Shown: positions 20,050 to 28,496 of the stretch, piece after piece
How positions within the stretch are numbered: the first letter of the stretch is position 1
Layout of the letters: each line of letters begins with the position of its first letter
Assembly: GCA_029061605.1 (NCBI GenBank)
Contig: JAIDRT010000028.1
Location: 812 to 64,811 of the forward strand
Length of the DNA: 64,000 bases
Source of the DNA: Clostridia bacterium
GTDB lineage: Bacteria > Bacillota > Clostridia > Christensenellales > UBA3700
Direction of reading: 5' to 3'
The notes under the pieces: model-generated
What the model was told of the DNA's origin: nothing
The model's input: only the letters and a program-made list of their open reading frames with translations
The model's database searches: none
Program-made: the position numbers and the translations under genes

Positions 20050-20937
20050 ATGGAATATTTGACGTTACAAAACGGCGTAAAAATGCCGCAACTGGGATAC
20101 GGAGTGTATCAAGTAAGCAAAGACGAATGCGAGAGATGCGTTCTTGACGCATTGAAGGTCGGCTACAGACATATTGACACTGCGCAGAGTTATTTCAACG
20201 AAGAAGAAGTAGGCAATGCGATTGTCAAGTCAGGAATACCGCGCAAAGAATTGTTCATCACGACAAAAGTTTGGGTAGAGCATTACGGCTACGATGCAAC
20301 CAAAGAATCAGTCTATACATCAATGCGCAAGTTGAAATGCGATTATATCGACTTGGTATTATTGCATCAGCCTTTTGGGGATTATTACGGAGCGTGGCGC
20401 GCGCTTGAAGATATGTATGCAGAGGGCAAGATTCGCGCTATAGGCATTTCCAACTTTTATCCTGACAGAATGGTAGATATATGCAGTTTTTCGCGCATAA
20501 GACCTATGGTAAACCAAGTGGAGACGCATCCTTTCAATCAACAAGTCGATGCGCAGGAATGGATGAAGAAATACGGTGTGCAAATCGAGGCTTGGGCACC
20601 GTTCGGCGAAGGCAGGGGCGGATTGTTTACCAATGAGACTATCGCAAAGATAGCCCAAAAGTATAACAAGTCGGTTGCGCAGGTAATATTGAGATGGGAG
20701 ATTCAACGCGGAATCGTCGTAATTCCCAAGTCCACGCATATTGAAAGAATGGAGCAAAATATTGACGTATTTGACTTTGCGCTTTCTGAAGAAGATATGG
20801 CTGTTATGGCAAGCCTTGACAAAAAACAAAGTTCGTTCTTTTCGCACACCGACCCAAATATGGTTGAGTGGTTTGTCAAGATGGTTGAGGAGCGCAAGCA
20901 GAACAACGACCACAAGAAAGAAAAGAAGAATTGGTAA
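20050..20937 (+). CDS. Aldo/keto reductase (2,5-diketo-D-gluconate reductase-like)
   Basis: 295 aa. Motifs GYRHIDTAQSY, DLVLLHQP, IPKS. RBS GGAGG. Confidence 0.9.
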   Translation: MEYLTLQNGVKMPQLGYGVYQVSKDECERCVLDALKVGYRHIDTAQSYFNEEEVGNAIVKSGIPRKELFITTKVWVEHYGYDATKESVYTSMRKLKCDYIDLVLLHQPFGDYYGAWRALEDMYAEGKIRAIGISNFYPDRMVDICSFSRIRPMVNQVETHPFNQQVDAQEWMKKYGVQIEAWAPFGEGRGGLFTNETIAKIAQKYNKSVAQVILRWEIQRGIVVIPKSTHIERMEQNIDVFDFALSEEDMAVMASLDKKQSSFFSHTDPNMVEWFVKMVEERKQNNDHKKEKKNW

Positions 20938-20957
20938 TTAGTATGCGGAGAAAAATT

Positions 20958-22178
20958 ATGAAAAAGATTTATAAGTATTTTGTTTGCATATTAATGGCAG
21001 TAATTTTGACACTTTCGGCAGTTGCTTGCAATAGCAATCAAGGTGGAGAAAATCCGCCTTCTGACCAATACGTACGTCCATCGGACGCAAATATTGACAA
21101 TACGTTTACGCCGACTGGCAAAACGCTTGTCGCTTACTTTTCAAAGTCAAACACTACACAAAGAGTAGCCGAGACGATACGCGAATACTTGGATGCCGAT
21201 ATATTTGAAATTGAGCGAAAAGAGCCTTATCCCAGCGCGTACACGCCCACGACTGAGGTCGCGAAAGAAGAAAAAGAAAGCAATTCTCGTCCTCAACTTG
21301 CAACCTATTTGCCAGACGAAGTAATTGCGCAGTACGATACGATAATTTTGGGCTTTCCAATATGGTGGCATACCGCGCCTATGGCTGTATTGAGTTTTCT
21401 CAATTACTATGATTTGAGCGGCAAGACTGTCTATACCTTCTGTACTAGCGGTGGCAGTCCTATTAGCGAAAGCACTGCGGACATAAGAAGTAATACAAAA
21501 GCGACCGTATACGAGGGGAGAAGGTTTAGCAGTAATGATAGTGCAAGTATTCGCAATTGGCTGGACGGATTAGGGCTTAAGTCAACGCCAGATATTCCAG
21601 AAAGTCCTGACGACGATAATAAAGTTGATGGCGTTGAATCTGGCGAGCCTGACAGTGGCGACAATGGCAACATAGGCGAGAATAGCAGCAATATACTGAT
21701 TGCGTACTTTTCTTGGTCTGGCACCACTACACGACTTGCAGAGCACGTCAAGGAGCAGATACCAAGCGCAACTTTATATAAAATAGAGCGCAGTACGCCT
21801 TACAGCGACGATTATACGACGGTGGCTTACGGCGAGGCAAAAGACGAGGCTGACAACAATGCACGTCCGCCGTTGAAAAATCCGCTCACAGCAGCGCAGA
21901 TGAGCAATTATGATACAATAATCATAATGTATCCCATTTGGTGGCATACTGCGCCAATGGTAGTGGGTACGTTTCTTGAGAGTTACGATTTAAGCGGCGT
22001 CAATATTTATCCTATCACGCAGTCCGCGTCAATGGACAGCGCGCAATTTAGGCAGTCGTTTGAGTTTGTCGCAACTTGCGGAAGTAAGAACGGCAATCCA
22101 ATTGTCAATGAAGGCTTGGGCACGAAGAGTACGAGCGCAATAGATGCCTATTTAATAGGCAATGGGTTGACAGCGTAA
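20958..22178 (+). CDS. Predicted lipoprotein with two tandem flavodoxin-like (Flavodoxin_4-type) domains
   Basis: The signal peptide ends in the lipobox-like LSAVA-C. Two copies of the pattern (A)YFS..(T)T..(A)E...PIWWHTAP...YDLSG are separated by a Pro/Asp/Gly/Ser linker. Start could also be 20943. Confidence 0.8.
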   Translation: MKKIYKYFVCILMAVILTLSAVACNSNQGGENPPSDQYVRPSDANIDNTFTPTGKTLVAYFSKSNTTQRVAETIREYLDADIFEIERKEPYPSAYTPTTEVAKEEKESNSRPQLATYLPDEVIAQYDTIILGFPIWWHTAPMAVLSFLNYYDLSGKTVYTFCTSGGSPISESTADIRSNTKATVYEGRRFSSNDSASIRNWLDGLGLKSTPDIPESPDDDNKVDGVESGEPDSGDNGNIGENSSNILIAYFSWSGTTTRLAEHVKEQIPSATLYKIERSTPYSDDYTTVAYGEAKDEADNNARPPLKNPLTAAQMSNYDTIIIMYPIWWHTAPMVVGTFLESYDLSGVNIYPITQSASMDSAQFRQSFEFVATCGSKNGNPIVNEGLGTKSTSAIDAYLIGNGLTA

Positions 22179-22263
22179 AGGCAGTTAGGTAAATTCTTGG
22201 GTAATTGCAAAATTAGATATATATGATCAATATATTTTGATATAACAAAAGGAGTAAATCATT

Positions 22264-22803
22264 ATGAGCAAAAGAGTTTTGATTTTGTCTGGAAGTCCCA
22301 GAAAGGGCGGAAATTCTGATATCCTTTGCGACGCGTTTATGAAAGGCGCAGTTGATAGTGGCAACGACGTGGAGAAGATTCGCGTTGCTCAAAAGAATAT
22401 TGGTTATTGCAAGGGCTGTTATTATTGCCGTCAATCGGGCGGAAAGTGCGTCATAAAAGACGATATGGCAGACGTTTTGCAAAAGATGATAGACGCTGAC
22501 GTAATCGTCTTGAGCAGTCCTGTCTATTTCTATTCAATTGACGCGCAGTTAAAAGCCTTGATAGACCGCACGGTTGCCCGCTGGCTTGAAGTCAGAGACA
22601 AGGAATTTTATTACATAATGACTGCCGCTGACGACACAAAGGAATCAATGAGGGCTACACTTGAGTGTTTTCGCGGCTACGCCGACTGTGTTGAGGGCGC
22701 CAAAGAAATGGGCGTCGTATATGGAACCGGCGTGTATGAAAAAGGCGAAATAAAAGATACTCCTGCCGTTGAGCAAGCGTATCAATATGGGCTCAACGTT
22801 TAA
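22264..22803 (+). CDS. Flavodoxin-family NAD(P)H-dependent FMN reductase / iron-sulfur flavoprotein-like protein
   Basis: 179 aa. Motifs LSGSPRKGGNS, CKGCYYC and SPVYFYS. Confidence 0.85.
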   Translation: MSKRVLILSGSPRKGGNSDILCDAFMKGAVDSGNDVEKIRVAQKNIGYCKGCYYCRQSGGKCVIKDDMADVLQKMIDADVIVLSSPVYFYSIDAQLKALIDRTVARWLEVRDKEFYYIMTAADDTKESMRATLECFRGYADCVEGAKEMGVVYGTGVYEKGEIKDTPAVEQAYQYGLNV

Positions 22804-22887
22804 TTGAGCGACATAATACGGCGGCTTATATGCGCCGTTTAGCGCAAATGCTCGAGTATCTTTGACAAAATTACTATTTACATTATT

Positions 22888-22919
22888 TTAGTTGCGTGGT
22901 ATAATTATTACGCAACTAA
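22888..22919 (+). promoter_or_regulatory. Perfect 10-bp inverted repeat in the leader of the two-component operon (operator or attenuator hairpin)
   Basis: TTAGTTGCGT (22888-22897) pairs with ACGCAACTAA (22910-22919). The loop GGTATAATTATT contains a -10-like TATAAT. Followed by TTTATTT. Confidence 0.4.
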
Positions 22920-22937
22920 TTTATTTGAGGTGATTTT

Positions 22938-23615
22938 GTGATAACTATCCTTGTCGCAGAAGATGATATAAAACTCAACAAACTCATACGCGCCGTGCTT
23001 GAGAGCAACGGTTATAAGGCGGATATGGCGCTCAACGGACAGAGCGCTTATGAGATGTTTTGCGAAAAGCATTATGATTTGATCATATCTGATATAATGA
23101 TGCCAATTGCCGATGGATACCAGTTGGCGGAGAATATTAGGAAGATAAATTCCACTGTGCCTATTTTATTTATGACGGCAATCGACGATTTTGACGCCAA
23201 GAAGCGCGGTTATTCTTTGGGTATTGACGACTATATGGTCAAGCCTATAGACGTTGAGGAACTTGCGCTTAAGATAGGCGCGTTGTTACGCCGTTCGCAA
23301 ATTGTCAGTGAAAGGAAGTTGGTTGTGGGCAACACGACTTTGATATACGATTCGCTCACCGCTCAACTTCCCGACGGAGAAATCGAATTGCCGCAAAAAG
23401 AGTTTTATATTTTGTACAAACTTTTGTCAAATCCAGGCAAGATCTTCACGCGAAGCCAACTTATGGAGGAGTTCTGGGGCGCAAATAGCGACACTGTCGA
23501 GCGTACCGTCGACGTGCATATCACAAGGATAAGAGACAAGTTCAAGTCGAGCGAAGACTTTGAGATAGTCACTATAAGAGGTCTTGGATACAAGGCTATC
23601 AAAAAGCAAAAATAG
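22938..23615 (+). CDS. OmpR-family response regulator
   Basis: GTG start with RBS GAGGTG. Receiver domain (ILVAEDD...DLIISDIMMP) plus a winged-helix C-terminus (TVDVHITRIRDKF...RGLGYK). Confidence 0.9.
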   Translation: MITILVAEDDIKLNKLIRAVLESNGYKADMALNGQSAYEMFCEKHYDLIISDIMMPIADGYQLAENIRKINSTVPILFMTAIDDFDAKKRGYSLGIDDYMVKPIDVEELALKIGALLRRSQIVSERKLVVGNTTLIYDSLTAQLPDGEIELPQKEFYILYKLLSNPGKIFTRSQLMEEFWGANSDTVERTVDVHITRIRDKFKSSEDFEIVTIRGLGYKAIKKQK

Positions 23616-23623
23616 GGGAAAAT

Positions 23624-24670
23624 ATGAGCAAACAAAAAAAGAAAAACAACACACCGTTGCTTGTCAAATTGAGTTTGGCAAGTTTTGTATCCATCTTGGC
23701 TGCGTCCGGTATCTTTTCCGGCGCATATTACATTCTTGAACATCTTCAGGTTGAGATAGACGACAGTTGGTGGACCATTATCGTTGCTGGTATTGCAAGT
23801 ATAATTGTTGGCATAGTGCTTTCTATTATAGTCAATATGTATTTTTTCAATCCTATCAAGGATTTACTTGACGTAACCAATAGAGTTGCGCACGGTGATT
23901 TTTCCGTTCAACTCAAAGAAAAGACCAAGAAGAACGGCGAAATCAAGACCAACGAAATGTCAATGCTTACGCATCACTTCAACGTTATGGTCAACGAACT
24001 TGACAAAAACAAGACCCTCAAGAGCGATTTTGTCAGCAACGTATCTCACGAGTTCAAAACTCCGCTTGCCAATATCAAAGGGCACGCAGAACTTATAAAG
24101 AATTGCGAGGATAGAGCGCAGATAGACGAGTATTGCGACGATATCATTGACGCGGTGTCTAACTTGACGACGCTTACGTCCAATATTTTACGCTTGAGCA
24201 AGTTGGAAAATCACGCGATACTTCAACCCAATGACTTCCGCCTTGACGAGCAGATCAGGCAGGCTATTATCGTATTGGAAAATAAGTGGACGGAGAAGAA
24301 TATAAATCTCAATATTGACCTTGACGAAGTGACTATATTCTATGACGAATCGCTCTTTGCGCAGGTATGGCAAAATCTCATATCCAACGCAATCAAGTTT
24401 ACTGATAACGACGGCGAAATCAATATTATGCTCAAAAAGTATGACGACGAAGCGATATTCACTATTCGCGACAATGGCATAGGTATGAATGACGAAGTCA
24501 AGAGCCACATATTTGAGAAGTTTTATCAAGGCGACATATCGCGCGCAAAAGAGGGCAACGGACTAGGACTTGCGCTTGTCAAGAAGATACTCGACAATTC
24601 TCATTGTCGTATTGACGTTGAAAGTAAAGAGGGAGATGGCTCTACTTTTACAGTACATATTCCCATATAA
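23624..24670 (+). CDS. Sensor histidine kinase
   Basis: 348 aa. Two N-terminal TM helices, H-box SHEFKTPL, N/G boxes (NAIKFT, DNGIGM, GNGLGLA). Confidence 0.9.
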   Translation: MSKQKKKNNTPLLVKLSLASFVSILAASGIFSGAYYILEHLQVEIDDSWWTIIVAGIASIIVGIVLSIIVNMYFFNPIKDLLDVTNRVAHGDFSVQLKEKTKKNGEIKTNEMSMLTHHFNVMVNELDKNKTLKSDFVSNVSHEFKTPLANIKGHAELIKNCEDRAQIDEYCDDIIDAVSNLTTLTSNILRLSKLENHAILQPNDFRLDEQIRQAIIVLENKWTEKNINLNIDLDEVTIFYDESLFAQVWQNLISNAIKFTDNDGEINIMLKKYDDEAIFTIRDNGIGMNDEVKSHIFEKFYQGDISRAKEGNGLGLALVKKILDNSHCRIDVESKEGDGSTFTVHIPI

Positions 24671-24704
24671 ACGCTTTTATAGCAAAAATCAGATTGGATT
24701 GATT

Positions 24705-25463
24705 TTAACTGTTCTTTAGACTTACAACCATACAGGCTATTGCCAAAGCAAGATTTATACTTGCAATTGCAATATAATAATTGGCAAAGGGCGTAACAAA
24801 ACTTATCAATAGCAGCAGCAGACTCACGCCTATAAATCTAAAACCGTTTTTGCGGGTAAGAGCCGTTTGAATAATCATTGACAGCATTTGTTTTGCAGGT
24901 ACTTTGGTTTTGCTGTCTTGGGGAAGTAAGTCATTTTTTCTCACGGCGTTGTATATCTGTCTGAAGTTGGAGTAAATCAGCATTACGTCGCCAAAGTTTT
25001 TTATAAAAGCAGTAGTCTTTTTATCGCCGTTTGTAGTGAGTACGTAAGCCTTTTGAAGATTATTTTTTTTGCAAATTCTATAATATCTCACCATTGTATC
25101 GGCGGAAATGGAGCCGTACTTTGTCCAAAGAAATACCGGAGTATTGTCTATAATGATATATTCGCCCATATCTTCAAAGTTTTTTTTATTTTCGCACAGT
25201 TTGGCTATGATGTCTTTTGTGTAATCTTCGCCTTGCCAAATCAGATAGGTCACGTATTTGCGGTAACTCATTTTGTTGTTGCGCGGCTTAAAAAAGGCTC
25301 TTCGTATTGCTGACACTGCCACAATAGAGATCAGTGCGCTCAAGACAAGTCGGAGCGGCAAATTGAGCGGTAAGAAGTATGCGCCTATGTATGCAGTGAC
25401 AAAGACTGTCAGCGTAAGTAAAATCAAATCCAATATTATCGCCATATTTTGTTTATTGTCCAA
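24705..25463 (-). CDS. Membrane protein (2 + 2 TM helices) with a central soluble domain, unknown function
   Basis: 252 aa. Hydrophobic helices at both termini. The central ~130 aa contain IIIDN...VFLWTKYG, faintly reminiscent of a PD-(D/E)xK / Mrr-like core (inference only). Confidence 0.7.
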   Translation of the reverse strand: MDNKQNMAIILDLILLTLTVFVTAYIGAYFLPLNLPLRLVLSALISIVAVSAIRRAFFKPRNNKMSYRKYVTYLIWQGEDYTKDIIAKLCENKKNFEDMGEYIIIDNTPVFLWTKYGSISADTMVRYYRICKKNNLQKAYVLTTNGDKKTTAFIKNFGDVMLIYSNFRQIYNAVRKNDLLPQDSKTKVPAKQMLSMIIQTALTRKNGFRFIGVSLLLLLISFVTPFANYYIAIASINLALAIACMVVSLKNS

Positions 25464-25543
25464 AAAATATCTTTATATACTTCAAAGTTCCTTATCTTGT
25501 TGCTAAAATTTTTAATATTGTGTAAAATAAATAAGAGGTATTT

Positions 25544-26650
25544 ATGAAGATAATCTTTGGCGGAGCCTTTAATCCTATTCACAATCAACACGTCAATATG
25601 ATCAAGCACTTGCTTACGGTTGACGGCGTTGACGGAGTCGTGGTATTGCCGTCGGCAAATCCGCCTCATAAGAGGTGCGATACGTCGTTTGCTCAACGCG
25701 TTGATATGATAAAACTTGCCTTAGACGGCATTGATAGAATAGAGATATGCGATTTGGAGAGTAAGGATGACGGCAAGCATTATACTTGCGAGGTTTTGCC
25801 TAAGTTAAAGAATATTTACAAAGATATTGCATTTGTCATTGGCGGCGATAGTTTAGAGGATTTTTCCAAGTGGAAAAATCCCCGCGATATAATTAAGATA
25901 TGCAGGCTATACGTATTCACAAGGGGGCAAAGCGATAAGTTTGACAAGGCGCTTGAGTATTGGCGCGGGCAAGGCGCAGATATTGCGGTGTGCGATTATC
26001 ACCCTGAGAACGTGAGTTCGACGCTTATTAGATACAATGCAATACTTGGCGAGTATGACGATCTTTGTCCGCAAGTGGCTGACTATATCAAGCGCAATGG
26101 ACTGTATATCAAGTATCAAGATATGATATCTAAACTTAAGGATAACATACCTCAGAACACTTTTGAACACTGTTCAAGAACTGCAAAATATGCTTTATGG
26201 CTCAACTATACGTTGGCTTTGGGATTGGATTATGACAAAGTGTTGCTTGCAGGGCTCTTTCACGATTGCGCTAAGGCATTGTGCCATAATCCTCATTCGA
26301 CTGTTGGGGTGCCGTCTGATAGCGTAGGTACGCCTGTGGAGCATCAGTTTTTGGGAGCGGTAGTTGCCAAAGAGTTGTATGGCATTGACGATTTAGATGT
26401 GTTGGAAGCCATAAAATACCACACAACAGGCAAAAAAACAATGAATTGTTTGCAAAAATTGATATTCTGCGCCGATATGCTAGAACTTGGCAGGCAATAT
26501 CCAGAGGTAGACTATCTTAGGAGTTGCATATCAAAATCGTTGGATTACGGCTATAAAGAATGCGCTTTGGCTCAATATGAATTCTTGAAACAAAAAGGCG
26601 GAGATATCTATCCGCTTACGATTGAGGCTATAGAAGAATTTAAATGCTGA
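25544..26650 (+). CDS. nadD: Fusion protein: nicotinate-nucleotide adenylyltransferase (NadD) + HD-domain YqeK-like phosphohydrolase
   Basis: 368 aa. N-terminal GGAFNPIHNQH (nucleotidyltransferase HxGH-type motif). The C-terminal half carries the HD motif GLFHDCAK and HTTG. Confidence 0.85.
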   Translation: MKIIFGGAFNPIHNQHVNMIKHLLTVDGVDGVVVLPSANPPHKRCDTSFAQRVDMIKLALDGIDRIEICDLESKDDGKHYTCEVLPKLKNIYKDIAFVIGGDSLEDFSKWKNPRDIIKICRLYVFTRGQSDKFDKALEYWRGQGADIAVCDYHPENVSSTLIRYNAILGEYDDLCPQVADYIKRNGLYIKYQDMISKLKDNIPQNTFEHCSRTAKYALWLNYTLALGLDYDKVLLAGLFHDCAKALCHNPHSTVGVPSDSVGTPVEHQFLGAVVAKELYGIDDLDVLEAIKYHTTGKKTMNCLQKLIFCADMLELGRQYPEVDYLRSCISKSLDYGYKECALAQYEFLKQKGGDIYPLTIEAIEEFKC

Positions 26651-26738
26651 ACACTGTTCAATATTTATTTAACTTGAGAAATATAATATAACACGTCGAT
26701 TTTTTATGATTAAAGCAATCGGCTTAATAAGGAGTAAA

Positions 26739-27122
26739 ATGGAAAAAGTAGAATTTATATGCAAATTATTAGATGACAAAAAGGCAAAGGATATTGTCAC
26801 TGTCAACTTGGAGAATTTGACAATCATTGCCGATTGCTTTATCATCTGTTCGGCTAGATCAAATACGCAGGTAAAGGCGCTTGCGGATATTGTTGAAGAA
26901 GGAATGTCAAAGGCGGGAGTTGAGCCTTTGAGAGTTGAAGGTAAGCAAGAGGGGCGCTGGGCAGTGCTTGATTATGGCGACGTGATTGTACACATATTCT
27001 ATGAAGAGACGAGACGGCTTTATTCGTTGGAGACGCTTTGGTCTAACGGCGCAAACGTCACTCATTATGGCGAAGAGATTGTAGACGGCTTCAAAAAGTT
27101 AGACGATAGTCAGTCTGTGTGA
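26739..27122 (+). CDS. rsfS: Ribosome silencing factor RsfS
   Basis: Start ATG 26739 is preceded by AAGGAG. Motifs ADCFIICSARSNTQVKA and WAVLDYGDVIVHIF. Confidence 0.9.
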   Translation: MEKVEFICKLLDDKKAKDIVTVNLENLTIIADCFIICSARSNTQVKALADIVEEGMSKAGVEPLRVEGKQEGRWAVLDYGDVIVHIFYEETRRLYSLETLWSNGANVTHYGEEIVDGFKKLDDSQSV

Positions 27123-27177
27123 GAATATAATTCGTATCTCTCGTCCAAAATATAAATATACGATAAGGAGGAGAGAT

Positions 27178-27534
27178 ATGTTTTATCAAGATGTACCGTA
27201 TGTTAATTACGTTCAGCAAGACGCAGCGCTTGCAAAGCAAGGCGTAGAACTTATTTTATCGCAAAATCAGCAAATTGACAGTTGCAGCGTGTTGGTTTGG
27301 GGCAATAGGCTTTTAGTTGGAGTTTTACCTCATCCGCTTTACAGCAGAACTCAACGCGAAGCGTTGAAGACAAGTATAATCTCTGACATAAACGACGTTT
27401 ATGGGTTTGAGGAGATATTAGTTTCTTTCGATATGGATATACTTTATGAGATAAACAAATTGAATAGATCCGACACTGTCAAAGACGAGGACGTTTCCAA
27501 ATTGTTTTATTCAGTCAAGGTAAGAAGGAATTAA
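27178..27534 (+). CDS. Hypothetical protein, weak YhcN/YlaJ-like (spore-associated) similarity
   Basis: 118 aa. Strong RBS AAGGAGG. Segment IDSCSVLVWGNRLLVGV resembles the YhcN/YlaJ core. No signal peptide seen. Confidence 0.6.
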   Translation: MFYQDVPYVNYVQQDAALAKQGVELILSQNQQIDSCSVLVWGNRLLVGVLPHPLYSRTQREALKTSIISDINDVYGFEEILVSFDMDILYEINKLNRSDTVKDEDVSKLFYSVKVRRN

Positions 27535-27552
27535 AGTTTAAATTATCAATTA

Positions 27553-27616
27553 TTTAGCGGTCGCGTTGCCAAGTAAAATTCTTTGAAAAACCTTGGTTAA
27601 ACGACCGCTAAATTTT
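27553..27616. terminator. Long hairpin terminator between convergent genes
   Basis: TTTAGCGGTCG (27553-27563) pairs with CGACCGCTAAA (27602-27612). An inner CCAAG/CTTGG helix is present. Followed by TTTTATT. Confidence 0.65.
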
Positions 27617-27636
27617 ATTATGTGATTTATATTTTA

Positions 27637-28263
27637 TTAGGTTGATTGCTGATTAGTGTCCTTATTGATTTTTAAGAAAGAACTTAGCGGTTTTGCTATT
27701 ATTACTGCAATAATGCTTATCACAACGCATTTTAAGAAAGTATATGGCATATTAAACATAGCCAATATCTCCCAAAGTCCGTTGGCAGATGGGCGAATTT
27801 GTTGGTACATACCTATGATTGCTGCCATTGGTAATATGAATTTATCGTATAGCGGGTATACGACGAGCGCGTTGAATACCAATCCTGATAGTACCGCAGA
27901 GGAAATGCAACCTGCAATAAGTCCAACTATCATACCTTTGAAGTTGGGGAATCTCTTATATATCAATCCTGAAGGCAAAATAAAGCATAAGCAGGTAAAG
28001 AAATCTGCAAAATCGCCTATGCCTCCGGTTGCGCCTGCGCCTTTGATAATAAGATGAATTAAATCTTTTACAATAGTAATTACGATACCGCTTAAAGGAC
28101 CGAGCGCAATGTTGCCTATAAAAATGGGGAGCATTGAAAAGTCAAATTGGATAAATGCCGGCATTAGTGGCACTGGCATCTCCAAAAAGTACAGAACGCT
28201 TGCCATTGCCGATAATATGGCAGTAAGAGCAAGCCACTTGCTTCTAGAAACTGTTTTTGTCAT
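27637..28263 (-). CDS. ribU: ECF-transporter S component, riboflavin-specific (RibU/FmnP type)
   Basis: 208 aa, 5-6 TM helices, typical ECF S-component N-terminus (LALTAILSAMASVLYFLEMPVP). Immediately preceded by an FMN riboswitch. Confidence 0.85.
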   Translation of the reverse strand: MTKTVSRSKWLALTAILSAMASVLYFLEMPVPLMPAFIQFDFSMLPIFIGNIALGPLSGIVITIVKDLIHLIIKGAGATGGIGDFADFFTCLCFILPSGLIYKRFPNFKGMIVGLIAGCISSAVLSGLVFNALVVYPLYDKFILPMAAIIGMYQQIRPSANGLWEILAMFNMPYTFLKCVVISIIAVIIAKPLSSFLKINKDTNQQST

Positions 28264-28271
28264 TTTAATTA

Positions 28272-28398
28272 TCCTTTTCCTATCCAGACTTTACTGTCGG
28301 TACAAGAATTTCACTTGTTCGGCGCTGTATATGAGATTTGCAGCGTTTGCGGACTTTACCGCCGGTGAGGAATTTCACCTGCCCTCAAAGAATTATTG
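28272..28398 (-). promoter_or_regulatory. FMN riboswitch (RFN element) controlling ribU
   Basis: The minus-strand sequence reads ...CTTTGAGGGCAGGTGAAATTCCTCACCGGCGGTAAAGTCCGCAAACGCTG...AAGTGAAATTCTTGTACCGACAGTAAAGTCTGGATAGGAAAAGGA. This matches the conserved RFN cores (GGTGAAATTCC..ACCGGCGGTA..AGYCCGC and ACCGACAGT.AAGTCTGGAT). Confidence 0.92.
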
Positions 28399-28406
28399 TT
28401 GAGACA

Positions 28407-28435
28407 ATTATAAATCTATTGCAAAAACTTGTCAA
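28407..28435 (-). promoter_or_regulatory. Consensus sigma-A promoter driving the FMN riboswitch-ribU transcript
   Basis: On the minus strand: TTGACA (28435-28430), 17 nt, TATAAT (28412-28407). Confidence 0.7.
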
Positions 28436-28447
28436 CTAATATATAAT
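28419..28447 (+). promoter_or_regulatory. Candidate promoter for tsaE, back-to-back and overlapping with the ribU promoter
   Basis: TTGCAA (28419-28424), 17 nt, TATAAT (28442-28447). The -10 overlaps the first ATG of the listed ORF. Confidence 0.5.
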
Positions 28448-28496
28448 GATTATGCAAAAATTCAAAAAGCGCATTGCGCGGCATACGGAAAATTAT

